From positions 153,760,001 to 153,824,000 of the forward strand of contig OZ024742.1 in the NCBI GenBank assembly GCA_964016885.1: a stretch of DNA of 64,000 nucleotides, read 5' to 3'. How positions within the stretch are numbered: position 1 is the stretch's first letter; each line of letters opens with the position of its first letter. This DNA comes from Eledone cirrhosa. Its lineage: Eukaryota. The notes under the pieces are model-generated. The model was not told the DNA's origin. It was given only the letters and a program-made list of their open reading frames with translations, and did no database searches. Below are positions 13,495-27,197 of this stretch, piece by piece. The translations under genes and the position numbers were made by a program.

Positions 13495-13678
13495 ATAATT
13501 GTTACTACTTTTGGTAGAAGGCCAGCAATTATCTCAGTGTATTACTGGTACTTTATTTTATCGACCCCGTAAGGAAGAAAGGCGAAGTCAACCTCGGCGG
13601 GATTTGAACTCATACCGTAAAGGGCCGTAACTCTGTGCTGCAAAGCATGGCGCCCGACCCTCTTCCGATACTGCCAAA
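13495..13678 (-). mobile_element. SINE
   Basis: Reverse complement of the SINE consensus. Confidence 0.85.
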
Positions 13679-13755
13679 TAATGTTTGTACATATGCTACA
13701 ACACAAACATCTATACTTTTAAATCTATCCATCTATTTATCTATCTATCTCACTC

Positions 13756-13911
<156 letters not shown>

Positions 13912-14087
13912 TATATATATATATATATATATACTGTCTATATATCTATCTATCTATCTCTCTCTATATATAAATGTATATGAACACACATAAATTTATT
14001 ATGGCATCTTCCAAAACCTGTAACTTCAGGGCCGATATCTTCAATTTCTCTTTAAACACATTATGAAACAATATTATATTTTATACA

Positions 14088-14372
14088 GGGTCGGACACCA
14101 TGCTTTCCAGCATAGTTACGTCCCTTTACGATCTGTGTTCAAATCCCGCCGCGGTTGACCTCGCCTTTCATCCTTACGGGGTCGATAAAATAAAGTACCA
14201 GCAATGCACTGGGTTATTGCTGGCCCTGTGCCTAAAGCAGAAACAATTATATGTTATACAAACTAAAACTATAACTCCTACAAAGAATTTTCACATATAT
14301 ATTTATAATTCAAATTCATTATATGTTCACACTGGGTAATTGCTGGCCTTGTGCCTAACGTAGAAACAATTA
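14088..14372 (+). mobile_element. SINE (14088-14250) plus a 3' tail fragment (14329-14372)
   Basis: Matches the SINE consensus. Confidence 0.85.
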
Positions 14373-15327
14373 TATGTACATGTATCAGCTCACAAGCTTT
14401 ATAGACGTTTATCCCTACCCGAACTTACACAGTATATAAGACTTTTGCTACCCCTCTAACTCTATAAAACAAGATATACTCTTATATTAGACTACTTTCG
14501 ACATATGTCCCAGTTTATATCTATGACCCTGTTTGTGTGTGTACCTGTAGTTCGTGTATCGATGCATGTGCCTTTTTTGCATATGTATGTGTGAATAAAT
14601 GAATATGTGACTATATATTTCCTACTGTAGATTTCATTTTAGAATAAATTAATTTTTAAAAAATTACTGTACGAGACACACCAGTAATTTGTAACTTAGC
14701 TAAACTAAAAAACACGAGGCAGCCATTCGCTAGTGTTTGGTAAAGGTTCTACAAAAACGTACCTCACTTACTCAAAAAATGTTTTTATCATATGCTGGGA
14801 GCTGCTTGCAGCTGTAGTTCTTAAATGAACCAATAAATCAAATTTTGTGTCAGAATTAACAGACAGGTAAATATTGTGCTTGTGATGAATTTGTCAAGTT
14901 TGGTGAGTATTTCAAGCTAAAATTGGGTGTTTAGCAGATGAGCGCTACGCCTAGCGTATATTTTAACCTACTCATAAATCAAAGATAATCTTATTTCTAA
15001 TTTAAGAATTATTTGTGTTTGATTTACATTTAGTGTTATATCTTTTTTTTCTGAATAATTCGTCAAAGTTAGTGAGGCGTTCAAGATGAAATAAGATCAA
15101 TTTTCACTGGAATAAATATTACTTGGGATTAGGCAGTCGTAACTATTTTCTTTTTGTTATTTCCTTCATATAAGACATAATTGTACGTGCAGGAATATAT
15201 GCGTATGTATATTTGCGCCCATATTTTTTCTATTGTAATCCCTTATATTGGTGAAGGGACGTAATAAGGCTTTCTTTCTCTTTCGCGTGGAAACAATTAC
15301 TCAAAATAGCTAACTTAAGATTTATTA

Positions 15328-15510
15328 GTAGAGAAAGACCACGGAAATCATGTGTGGAGGTGGTAAAAGCTGACCTCAGATCTTTGAAGCTCAAAGAGGA
15401 AATGAAGAAGGAACGTGGCGAATGGAGAGATGCTGTGCTGAAAGGACCCGTCCCACCCTTGCAAGCATGGAAGCGGACGTAAAATGATATGATTATGATG
15501 ATGATGATGA
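15328..15510 (+). mobile_element. RTE LINE 3' end with (GAT)n tail
   Basis: RERPRKSCVEVVKADL...EM...RGEWRDAV (RGRPRKTW...DR..WR-like), then GCATGGAAGCGGACGTAAAATGATATGATTATGATGATG. Confidence 0.75.
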
Positions 15511-15517
15511 TATATAT

Positions 15518-15611
<94 letters not shown>

Positions 15612-15843
15612 GATGTCACAGGTAGGGATTATGGGGATGTATTAACTTTAATATAGATATTCAGTTCATGATTGGTGTGTTTTTACGAACATATCTTGAC
15701 GATTTTGGAAATTGTATTTATGGTTGGCTTTGGTTTCGCTGTGTATTATATACGTGCAGCGCATTCGATGATTGCTTTGCGTTTGTTTTGTTTGCATGTG
15801 TTTGCGTTCGAATTTGTGTGTTTGACGGTCCTACATACAGACA

Positions 15844-15906
<63 letters not shown>

Positions 15907-15912
<6 letters not shown>

Positions 15913-15934
15913 CAGTGTTAATACGGGTTAATAC

Positions 15935-16021
<87 letters not shown>

Positions 16022-16041
16022 CAGTGTTAATACGGGTTAAT

Positions 16042-16081
<40 letters not shown>

Positions 16082-16101
16082 CAGTGTTAATACGGGTTAA
16101 T

Positions 16102-16145
<44 letters not shown>

Positions 16146-16791
16146 CAGTGTTAATACGGCTTAATACGGGATGTTTGTTTACAAACACACCGAGCATTAA
16201 AATAAATGTTCGGTAAATCCATACTTACATATATATATATATTCATGTATGTATATATATATACATACTACTGTACGTCTGTATACATATATGTATGTAC
16301 GTGTACATACTTATATTTAAGTAACAGCCGTTCTAAGAGTGGGAAATGAAATTCTCGCTTCATTTTTTCCGTTTATCGTTTTCGGTGAACCCGGCCGATT
16401 AACACACTCGATATGCAAATTGGGCTACTCAGCCTTTAATATGCATAAGGTATGTATATATGTTCAACAATCTGGCAAGAAGGTATACGTTGCTGACGAT
16501 AGCTAATAAGCTTGAAACTAGTACAGCGTTCCTTTGTCAGTGTTGAACAAACGAGCAACGATGGTTGTTAGACACTACGAGTTAATACGAGATGTTTGTT
16601 TACAAACACACCGAGCATTATAATAAATGTTCGGTGAATCCATACGTAGATATATATATATGTGCATGTATGTATATATATATAGATACTACTGTACGTC
16701 TGTATACATATATGTATGTACGTGTACATACTTATATTTAAGTAACAGTCGTATTAAGATTGGGAAATGAAATTTCGTTTCATTTTTTCCG

Positions 16792-16795
<4 letters not shown>
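15907..16795 (+). mobile_element. HHR-bearing ~420-bp partial tandem, preceded by (TA)n-separated mini-units
   Basis: 16160-16375 recurs at about 16581-16795. TTTGTCAGTGTTAATACGG(G/C)TTAATACGG occurs four times in 15907-16170. Confidence 0.75.
16487..16529 (+). ncRNA. Minimal type I hammerhead ribozyme
   Basis: ACGTTG-CTGACGA-T.AGCT-AATA-AGCT.T-GAAACTAGTA-CAGCGT. Palindromic stem III ACTAGT. Predicted GUA cut after 16523. Confidence 0.8.
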
Positions 16796-16836
<41 letters not shown>

Positions 16837-16868
16837 TAAGTTAAAATTTAATTTCGTTTCGTTATTTG

Positions 16869-16942
<74 letters not shown>

Positions 16943-16961
16943 CACACGCACACGCACACGC

Positions 16962-17003
<42 letters not shown>

Positions 17004-17259
17004 GCGCACACACACATATATATATATATATATACATACATACATTTATATATATATAGATATATAAATCACGATGAAATCAGTTTGGAGCTGGCTATAT
17101 TATTACTCAACAGCGTACTCGATACTTGGGATAGTAGAGTATTTATTTGCTATAATTGAGTCAGGACCATCGTCTTGACGATGTCTTACCCTTGAATTAT
17201 TGTATACACACATATACACCAACACACATACCCCCCCCCCCTTCACACACACATACACA

Positions 17260-17301
<42 letters not shown>

Positions 17302-17739
17302 TGCAGGCATAATATGAACTGAAGTACAAACACGTACATGCCCATATCTATATGTGTGCCTGTATACTTGAAGATGGTTTTAAAAAAGGCAGAGATATAC
17401 TTAAAAGAGCTAGGCACCTTATGTGAATAATATTTGAATTTTTTTCTTTGTAGACTCCGATACTCATTAATGTATTCAGAGAAAATATAAATATAATCAA
17501 TGTAATAGCTTTATAATGTTTTTCAGAATCATTTTTGTTTTTCATCAATGATTAAATTTGTTCTTCCGATATTATTAAGAATGGTGTAGATTTGTTTGTT
17601 AGATTAATAATATTAATCCATGTTATGTGCTTCCGCTTGAATTCAATATATGTACACACAGATATACACACCGGAACGTACACATAAAATCCTTCACATG
17701 TAGACACACGGTATATATATATAACTTTCTATCGATATC

Positions 17740-17799
17740 TATCTATCTATACTTACGCACATACACATACACAAAAAACACACACATACACACACACTG

Positions 17800-17859
<60 letters not shown>

Positions 17860-18060
17860 ATATATACATGCATACATACATACAAACTTACATATAAATA
17901 TATATAAGTATGTATGCATGTATGTATGTATTTATGGACATATATATATATATGTGTGTGTGTGTGTAAGTATAGATAGATATCGATAGAAATATATATG
18001 TATATATATATATATCCATATATACATGCATACATACATACAAATTTACATATAAATATA

Positions 18061-18116
<56 letters not shown>

Positions 18117-18147
18117 TATGTATGCATGTATCTATGTATTTATGGAC

Positions 18148-18180
<33 letters not shown>

Positions 18181-18260
18181 CGTGTGTGTGTGTGTGTGTG
18201 TAAGTATAGATAGATATCGATATAAAGATATATATATATATATATATATATAGCGTGTCT
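17740..18260. repeat. Compound microsatellite macro-repeat
   Basis: Blocks such as CCATATATACATGCATACATACATACAAA and TATTTATGGACAT...GTAAGTATAGATAGATATCGATA are repeated between (TA)n/(TG)n tracts. Confidence 0.7.
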
Positions 18261-18365
18261 GTATATGTGAAAGATTGTGTGTGTCCTTTCGTGTGACTAT
18301 ATCTTTGTGAGCATAAATATATATATCCATATACACTTACATACACACACACACACGCGCACGCG

Positions 18366-18460
<95 letters not shown>

Positions 18461-20874
18461 GTTATTTACGTATATATTCAATAAGTTTGGAAAAACAGGC
18501 AATGTTTGAGTAGATAAACCTATTTAATTTACACATTCTACCACATGTTTCATCATCGAAATATACAACCTTCTATATTTGAAATAGAGATTTGAATTGA
18601 ATAGGATGGAAGCCATTCCGGTAATCCATATAATATCAGTGTTGCAAATAAGTAAAATATTACAACATTCGATGTGTAAATTCATCTACAAAAGTGTGAG
18701 TCTGTTTCTTCGAAACATATACCTATATAACAGGTCCTATCACAGAGGAACCACATTCCCGCTTTCACCGCCTCCGTCTCTCCTGCTCTCCCAATCTCTC
18801 ATTATTATGAGAAAATTGGAGCCCAAGCCCTGGCCGCCTCGCAGCCCTGGCAGACATAATAAAAAAGGTGTTCCGGTAATTGTTGTGACAAAGATGACTG
18901 ATTTCAAAGATTGGTTTTTGTAATGTATACTGAGTTGCTGCAACATACTATATTCCTGTGAACTGCCAGAATTTCGAGAAGGTACTAAATTGTTAGTAAT
19001 TGATGATGAACTGGACCCTTGTTCATTTGTAATGAGCCACTCTTTACAGGACAATTCTGTTGACAAAAGATCTGTCTAAATATGAGGAATTAATAAGGAT
19101 GATGATGCTGATGAGATAATGACAATGATAAAATCTAACTGAAGCACAATGGCAATAAATAGAGAACATTACATGTATAAATCCGCTTCGCCTTAGGTTT
19201 TCAATTAAATACTGGTTTACTTTGTTTCTATCTTTATACCTTTTTCAGATGAAGAACACACCATAATATAAAAAAGGAAACATTTTGAGACTGCGATACA
19301 AATACACACAGACATTCAGTCAGGCAAGAGTGAACATTATAATGATGCGTGTCTCCTTAATTTCATCTAGGAAAGAAAGAATATATTATTAATTACACAC
19401 TGGCATATTAGATATTCAATTTAATTATTGGTTCTAACTGCCTGTGTAATCCTTTAGAAGCACATGTAATTATCATGTGAGTAAATGTGTTTAGGATGAG
19501 GGAAAAATATAATGTAAATGGTAGGGAAAAAGAAGGCGTCATAGATTTATATCATCCAATACTTCTTGTGTATCACTTCATTCATTTGTATCAAATCTTC
19601 AACTTCCGATTTTAATGCAAAAAAGCTTTAATATATACGATGTTTCATTGGAAAGATTGACATATTTTATTTATGATTTTTTCCATAAGGATTCTTTTAT
19701 GATGATTTGCCTTGTAGATACTTTTTAATTACATTCTTGTTTCATTGAAGTCATATTTGGCAAAGATATGATATCGCAGCTTTAATTATAATTTTAAATA
19801 GTTTCATTAAACTATATTTTTATTATTTATTCATTTAATTTGGTTTCATATATTTTTGGATTCCATAATATGATTCGCTCTAAAGTTAATTTTCTTTGGA
19901 TTTTCTCCTTATTGAAGGATTCCATCTTTCCTGCTATATCTATAACTCACTCACCCCATCTGCCTATCGATGTCTCTCATTAAATTTATATAACGTTTTG
20001 ACTATTTTCTTGCTATCTTTTTCCTTCTCTTTTTACATTTTATATTTTGCTTGAATTTAACGTGTCTTTTCTGAAAGAATATTAGTGAAGATCAATATAA
20101 ATTTAATACGTTGTTTTTCAATTTATATCTCGTTTAAATGAAGGATATTCAGAAATTGGAAAAAAAATTACATCATTCCAGTACAATGTTATCTCGCATT
20201 TTAGCATTTTTCATAATTTGTATTCTCTCATTATATAATATTTCAAGGAACCATCGCAAATGCTAAAAATCAATACGATATTTTCAACACATATCTTTCG
20301 AGGCTATACATGTTGCTATTCATGGAGTTCTATCTTGAAATTAATCATTCTAAATATTCAAGTATATAGGTACTTGAAGTAGGTTTTTTACAAAGGTTCG
20401 GTATTTAACAACATCGATTTTAAATTTAAATATTTGAAGAATTATTCAACTACTCACAATCAAATGAATTGTACGTGTAATTAGATATATTAGATATCTC
20501 ACACTATTCCCATTCCTAAAAATCCATTTTAATTGCCACAAAGAAGAACGGCACAAATGCAACGCCTTATCATGGGTGACGGGAACAATCCCATATCTTT
20601 AAAAAAAAACCCCTGCATGAATAAACTAACTTAGCCAGAAGATACGTATGTTCGTCACCCCATAATAATATGTTACATACCGCAAGTATGGAACAATAGA
20701 GTACTGGATCGACATCTACGACAGTGCTCCCATTTTTAGTGATGATACCCTGGTATGATTCCAGAAACCCGGCTTCTAAATGATCATTTTGGAGTCGCCC
20801 AACAAAAAACTACAGCCTCGGGTATGCATATTTGTTCTCACATCAATCTCACTTATCTAGAATATACGGATTAC

Positions 20875-21157
20875 CTTCTGTAGAACGGATTTATCTCAAG
20901 CATCCTCAATTCAGTCAATATCGATTCATTGAACCCACCCCAGGATATTCCACGCAATGTGCGGTCACTGTGAAGTTTTACAATATCTGCCGTTAACTGC
21001 CGATGCATGACAGATATTCAGCTCTCTGAAATGTCTAGCCAGCTCTTATGTTGGGGGTCTTCAAATTGAAGCTGTTCAACACGATTTATAAATAGCCTTG
21101 ATGTCGCCGTTCTCCATGGGACTCCATGGGTAATGGAAACAGCTCCTTTCGTACAAC
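20875..21157 (-). other. Candidate host exon or pseudo-exon
   Basis: TTTCAG|G acceptor and AAG|GTAAT donor. One frame is open except for a single TGA at 21018-21020. No protein family recognised. Confidence 0.2.
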
Positions 21158-21530
21158 CTGAAATGTTAAACATAAAAAAGCATGATATATGTTGAAATAA
21201 ATATTAGTGTATGAAGAATTGAAATGCCTATTTTGAAGCAATAGAGATGTGAATAGTGTAGACTTCTGAAAATAAAATGAGATATTCAAAGTAATAATTC
21301 AGAAAACTGCAACTGTCTCTGCATAATGAATTGGAGATATTGGGGTTCATTTGGGTCATATTTCTGGCAATATTTCATTCCAGAATGGCGTCATACTTTC
21401 CTATCAGACACCGCGTGGTAGGTGAAATAAAATTCATTTTCACCTCTGGGAATATGAAGATATTGTGAGTCAGAGGCTTCAACTGCTTTACCATGATACA
21501 CATCCAACAACACACACATACCCCCCCCCC

Positions 21531-21581
<51 letters not shown>

Positions 21582-21635
21582 TAGATAGATAGATAGATAA
21601 ATATACACGGGTGTGTATGATTGAGTATAGAAGAT

Positions 21636-22029
21636 TATATTAATAAGAGGAATTCCAACTTTGTCTGATTTACTCGTTTTATTTACAATCATTTAATATT
21701 TATAATGGTATTATAATGAAATAGTATGATAGAATATTAAATTCTAAGTGTTAATTGAACAAGTACTTTCATGGTTTCGCAATCTTCAGGTTCATAATAT
21801 GTGGTGACAGTCAAGTTTGCAATTTTCAACTGACAGTTGAAAATTGCAAACTTGACTGTCACCACATATGTCACTGCAACCTGAAGAATGCGAAAGCATG
21901 AAAGTACTTGTTCAATTAACACTTAGAATTTAATATTCTATCAAACTATTTCATTATAGTACCATTCTAAATTTTAAAGGATTGTAAATAAAACGAGTAA
22001 ATCAGACAAAGTTGGAATTCCTCTTATTA

Positions 22030-22035
<6 letters not shown>
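21636..22035. repeat. ~400-bp palindrome with an HHR in each arm
   Basis: Centre at 21833. + arm 21876-21914: AAC-CTGAAGA-ATGC-GAAA-GCAT-GAAAGTACTT-GTT. - arm 21756-21794 has stem I TGAAC/GTTCA. Confidence 0.88.
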
Positions 22036-22096
<61 letters not shown>

Positions 22097-22496
22097 TGTG
22101 TGTATTATACATATATATATATATACATTATGAGTCATAAGTAGACGTGCAGTCCACCATCTCTATTTCCATATTATAATATTTACTAAAATTCCGGTCA
22201 TATAATATGAAATTATATATACATCAAACAAACGCAGTTACAAAACATAAATAAAATAAGTGTTAATCGAAAAGGTGATTACAATCCGCAATGCATTGTG
22301 AAACTTGCAATGAAAACAAATGCACTGACTGCCTGGTTACATATGACTCACCTCATACCACCTTATATATACATGCATACACCCAACACACACATATATA
22401 TATATGATTTAAATTATTCATTATCTTATCAGACAGTCTAAGATACGACCACTGAATGACAAGTTTGTTACGAATTAAAACATAATTTATTTAGTA

Positions 22497-24370
22497 CTAG
22501 CTGTATGACCCGGCGTTGCCCGGGTTACTGCTGTTTTTATTCAGATTAGGAAACAATAAATATGAAGAATTTTTTTTCTCATATTCACTTTACATAAAAT
22601 ATGTCAAAGTTGTAATGATTATAGAATTGTGACCAACCGAGCTCGGCGGGCTGTTTGATGTTCTGCGGCACGGGAGGCGGCGGTGGATACAGCGTTCTGG
22701 GACCTTCGGATGGCTGTCTGTATCTCGGTCTGGGATGCTCTGGCAGCTGCGGTGGAATCGGAGTTCTTGGACCTTCGGATGGCTGTCTGTATCTCGGTCT
22801 GGGATGCTCTGGCAGCTGCCTTGGAGGCGGAGACCTTGGACCTTCGGATGACTGTCTCGTGGTCTGTTTCTGCGGCACAGTAGACGGCGGTTGAAGCAGC
22901 GTTCTTTGACCGTCTGGTGGCTGTTTGCTGTTTAGTTTCGAAGGCCCTTGCAGCAGCAGTAGTTGCAGCATTCCTAGCCCTACGAACAGCTCTTTGGCTG
23001 TCACTCTCTGGCACGATTCGAAGCGGTAACCGTAGAGAGGCGCTGGGTGGGGCTGTGGTAGGGGTATGTAAGTTTGAAAGCGAAGTAACAGGGGTTTGTG
23101 GCCAAAAATGCAGTCCGGCATCCGTAGACTGCTCATTCAATCGCCTCGTTTTTGAAACAACAGACGATGTTTTCCTAAGGCTAAGGGTACTCTTTCTTTT
23201 CAGTGGCATGGTTGCAATAGTACAGTAAACAGTAAAGGGGAAGCAGGTTTAGAGCAAAGGCAAAAAAGCGAAGGTGATAAGCAGTATTTTGGGGAAGGTA
23301 AAACAAAGTGACAAGTTGTTACAATTTTAAGCAAGAAAAATGTAAACAAAAAACGTACTGGGAATGGCAAAGTCCGAAAGCGAGGTCACAAAATGTAATG
23401 CAGTGAGAGTGAAGCACACGTCTACACAGTAGCCTAACCAAGTAGCAAGTGTAGCGTTTGAAAACCAAAGCTTTGCAGGCCACTCAAATCAACGATAAGA
23501 GTCTGCAGAATTTTTTGATAGCAGTCTTGCCAAAACAGAATAAAAGCTGCTACCTCCAGCCGTTCAGGAAATTTTTTTTTTTATTCAAGGCGAAAATTTG
23601 TCCACTTCTCGCCCGAAAGAAAGCAAAAACTAACTCAACTGGTGCCAGGTGGTCAGAACTGGCAGGAACTGGTTTGTGTCACGTGAAGCTGTAACTATAG
23701 CAACAGTGGTTCCCTCGGTCTCAACGACCAAAGTAAGTGGAGAGGGGAAGGTAATGTTACTGTAGCACCAACAACGTCTCTCTCTATATTCCTCGCTCAA
23801 TAAAGAAGGGGGAGGGGGAAGGAAATGTTACTATAGCAACAGTGGTTCGCTCAATGACCAAAGTGGAGAGGGGAATGTAATATTTCTGTGACACCCAAAA
23901 CTTCTCTCTCTATCTTCCTCTCTCTCTCTCTAAAGAAGGGGCAAGGGGAAGGTAATGTTACTATAAGACCTGTTATTTCTGTCTCTCTATATACGAAGTG
24001 GAGATTCGACCTCGAGCTTCATTCTCGACCGAATTTCGAAATGATTGGAGCACGTCAACAAAATTTAGATTCTTTTCTACCCTTATTAGCAAAAAACTGG
24101 GTCAAAAAACTCAAAAGGAAAAATGTTTCACGCGTGCATAAAATGCAACCTCATCTCCCGATTTCACCCAAAATAGACTAAAAGGGGGATTGCGGGCCCC
24201 TGGGGGGGACCTATCAAAAAACAAACTAGCCTAAGCAATGTAAAGGGTCATGAGGAGTGATGTATGCAAATTTGAGCAAGATCGGGCGAGCGGTGTAGAC
24301 GCCAAACTCAAATAATATAGCATCCACACACACACAGACAAACACACATCCTTTTTTTTATATATATAGA
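22497..24370 (-). mobile_element. Non-autonomous Helitron
   Basis: On the - strand: A|TCTATATATATAAAA 5' end, subterminal hairpin CCCGGGCAACGCCGGG (22509-22524), CTAG|T 3' end, inserted in AT with no TSD. Confidence 0.88.
22619..23209 (-). CDS. N-terminal basic/helical repeat region of a Helitron Rep-helicase (truncated, 196 aa)
   Basis: MPLKRKSTLS...RRLNE start and 21-aa (63-nt) repeats (ASQTEIQTAIRRSKNSDSTAAAR). No HUH or helicase motifs. Confidence 0.6.
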   Translation of the reverse strand: MPLKRKSTLSLRKTSSVVSKTRRLNEQSTDAGLHFWPQTPVTSLSNLHTPTTAPPSASLRLPLRIVPESDSQRAVRRARNAATTAAARAFETKQQTATRRSKNAASTAVYCAAETDHETVIRRSKVSASKAAARASQTEIQTAIRRSKNSDSTAAARASQTEIQTAIRRSQNAVSTAASRAAEHQTARRARLVTIL

Positions 24371-25289
24371 TACACACATGAATGTTAAAGAAATGGAAAC
24401 TATAATTTGTATTCTTAATTTGGTGTTTTAGGCAACTCCGAGTAACTATTCTATCTATAGCATAAATTTCGATTTTCAGTGCTATTTGGTTTTGAAACAG
24501 AATTAAATTAGTACGCATCTATTTTCTGATGTGTTTAAACTTTCGGTATTATAATTTAAAATATATATTTTACAATAAGATACAGATTCCTAATATAAGC
24601 ATAAAGTAACATGTAAAAGCAAATGATTAGAGTCAATTCGATCAACTGGAGTACAAAACATGTACTTATCTCTTCGAAGCCAGGAAAATTGCGTAAAGGT
24701 GGAACATATATTCATATTGTATAATATTAAGTACAGTTATTACAATGTAGCTGTTTGTTCGACATGCAATTCACAATACTATGGTATCAGGGTAATGTAG
24801 TCATATGTAATACGTGCTCTATTGGGCAAGCTCACCTCTGGCTGTCTGTCTCTCTCTCTCTCGCTCTGTCTCTCTCTATCTCTCTCTCTCTCTTACTCTC
24901 TTTCTCGCCCTCTCTCTGACTGTCTCTTCCCCCCTCTCTCACTCTCTATCTTTATATATATCACACTCTCGATTTTATATATATATATATATACACACAC
25001 ACACATACATACATTTGAGCGTGTATATTTACTGTATGTGCAAAACGAAAATATTATTGTATGCCAAACTTTCTCATATCAAATTAAACGTTTTGAATGC
25101 AGTCCTTGATAACATTGGGGAAATCCAGACAGGTTTACCATTTATTATACTAGGAACAAAAAAAGTTTGATAGCTAAACATTATAAAAGAGACGTATGCC
25201 TGTGTGTGTGTCTACCTGTATATTTCTATGTCTGTATGTTTTTATGTATATGTGTATGTAAATAGGCATGTATGATTGCATGTATGTGA

Positions 25290-25786
25290 GTATAAATGGC
25301 ATCTCTCTCCCCCTTACCTCTCCTTCTCCCTCTTAATTCCATTCACGCCCTCTGCTAGTGACCCTCTCTCGGCTAGCTTCTTCCTCACACTTTCACTCAC
25401 TCACTCTCCGCTACTCACCTTCCCTCTCACTTCCTCCATCGTCCCACACCGTGCGTAATTCTTTCCTCGCTTACTTTCGCATGGTTGGGACGTGTCTCTC
25501 GTCTTCTCATCAATATTCACAAGTTCTTATGTTCAAACGAATCAATGACTTGATTTTCTCATTTTTTCCTCTCTTTACTTTGCCTCACCATTAATGTTTG
25601 TTTAACTGTCTCTCTTTCTCCACCCAATTCTTTATAGCCCAAAAACTAATTTTAGTTATTGTTTGCGCTAGCCTGAGGTATCTGGTCTTTAATGCAAATA
25701 ATATCTATGATGGATAGTCCTATTTCTAATTCTTCATTTTAATTTGTATATCCCAATGCAACAACAAAGCGCGCAATTTTTCATTC

Positions 25787-25790
<4 letters not shown>
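25290..25790 (+). repeat. CT-rich family monomer with a deleted ribozyme core
   Basis: AGGTAT-C-TGGTC is present, but the segment between the two TGATGG repeats (containing GACCA-CTGATGA) is missing. Confidence 0.75.
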
Positions 25791-25848
<58 letters not shown>

Positions 25849-25982
25849 TATTTACGTATCGAGAGAGAGAAAAAAGGGGGAGGATAGGTGATACATATAG
25901 TTATTTGCCAAGTAGCGTATGCCAGAGGTGCTCGATACTGGTGCCGGCAGTATTAAATATTCGAAGTGTTAATATATATAAG

Positions 25983-26043
<61 letters not shown>

Positions 26044-26049
26044 TATATG

Positions 26050-26343
26050 TAAATATGATAATAATGGAGCTGCGGCGTTGCATATGGGTTACTTATGAAA
26101 AGGTCTGTCCTTCATCAGTGATCTTCCAACCATCATAGGCATTTCATCGCTTTAAAGACTATATACCTCCGGTTGGTGCGAGCAACGGCTAAAAAAAGTC
26201 GCTGGGAGACGTAAATAATTATTTACGTGTCCCAACGACTTTTTTCAGACGTTGCTCGAACCAACCGGAGGTATATGGTCTTTAAAGCGATGAAATGCCT
26301 GTGATGGTTGGAAGATCACTGATGAAGGACAAACTTTTTCATA
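26050..26343. repeat. Palindrome of permuted-HHR subfamily 2
   Basis: Centre at 26218|26219, arms about 125 bp, flanked by (TA)n. Confidence 0.85.
26269..26330 (+). ncRNA. Candidate permuted hammerhead (copy D; mirror copy on - strand at about 26107-26168)
   Basis: AGGTAT-A-TGGTCTTT-aaagcgat-GAA-ATGCCT-gtgatggttg-GAAGATCA-CTGATGA-A. Stem III is 6 bp; stem I is 8 bp including G-U pairs. Confidence 0.6.
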
Positions 26344-26385
26344 TATATATATATATATGTATATGAATATATATGAATATATGTA

Positions 26386-26439
<54 letters not shown>

Positions 26440-26457
26440 TATATATATATAGATACA

Positions 26458-26577
<120 letters not shown>

Positions 26578-26978
26578 AGTATGTTTGTATGTTTCGAGAT
26601 ATAAAATCGAAAATTCGTGATATATATATAGACTTGATATACGTGTTGTTACTTTCAATTCCATTAATGGCAGTGATTCAAATAAGACACAAAAACACTC
26701 CAAAAACATGAACTCTATATTTTTAGATAAATTAAACAGCATCACTTGGAGGAGAAAACACTAACACCTTTAAAACAGAAACAAAAAAAATGTTGATCTA
26801 AGTGACTAAGACAGATAGACATGAATGAAAACTAATTTTCTTTTGATTTTGATACACTTAGATATTTTACATATAAAGTCTCAAATTTCACACACCAATA
26901 TTGAGATATCTCTGTATAAATCTCAATAGTACATTGCACATACAGTAACACAGACACTCATATGGGTATATATATATA

Positions 26979-27158
26979 TAACGAAGGAAATGTGGTAAGG
27001 AATCAGGTGGACCATAACGCACCAAAGTACTCAATACTTAGGGTAGTAGAGTGGGTAATAGGAACGAGTAGGACCCCAACGGCTGAGCTCAAGCCGTTTC
27101 GACGTCCAGAATTAGCCGTCGAAACGGCTTGAGCTCAGCCGTCGGGGTCCTACTCGTT

Positions 27159-27161
<3 letters not shown>
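26979..27161. mobile_element. ~185-bp fold-back element containing an HHR 3' half (second copy at 57969-58165)
   Basis: GTC-GAAACGGCT-TGAGCTC-AGCCGTC-GGGGTCC is mirrored about 27105. Flanked by (TA)n. Confidence 0.8.

Positions 27162-27197
<36 letters not shown>

Noticed and set aside
15907-16170. CRISPR-like look of ~30-bp repeats with spacers
   Set aside because: The spacers are pure (TA)n, the context is eukaryotic and there are no cas genes.
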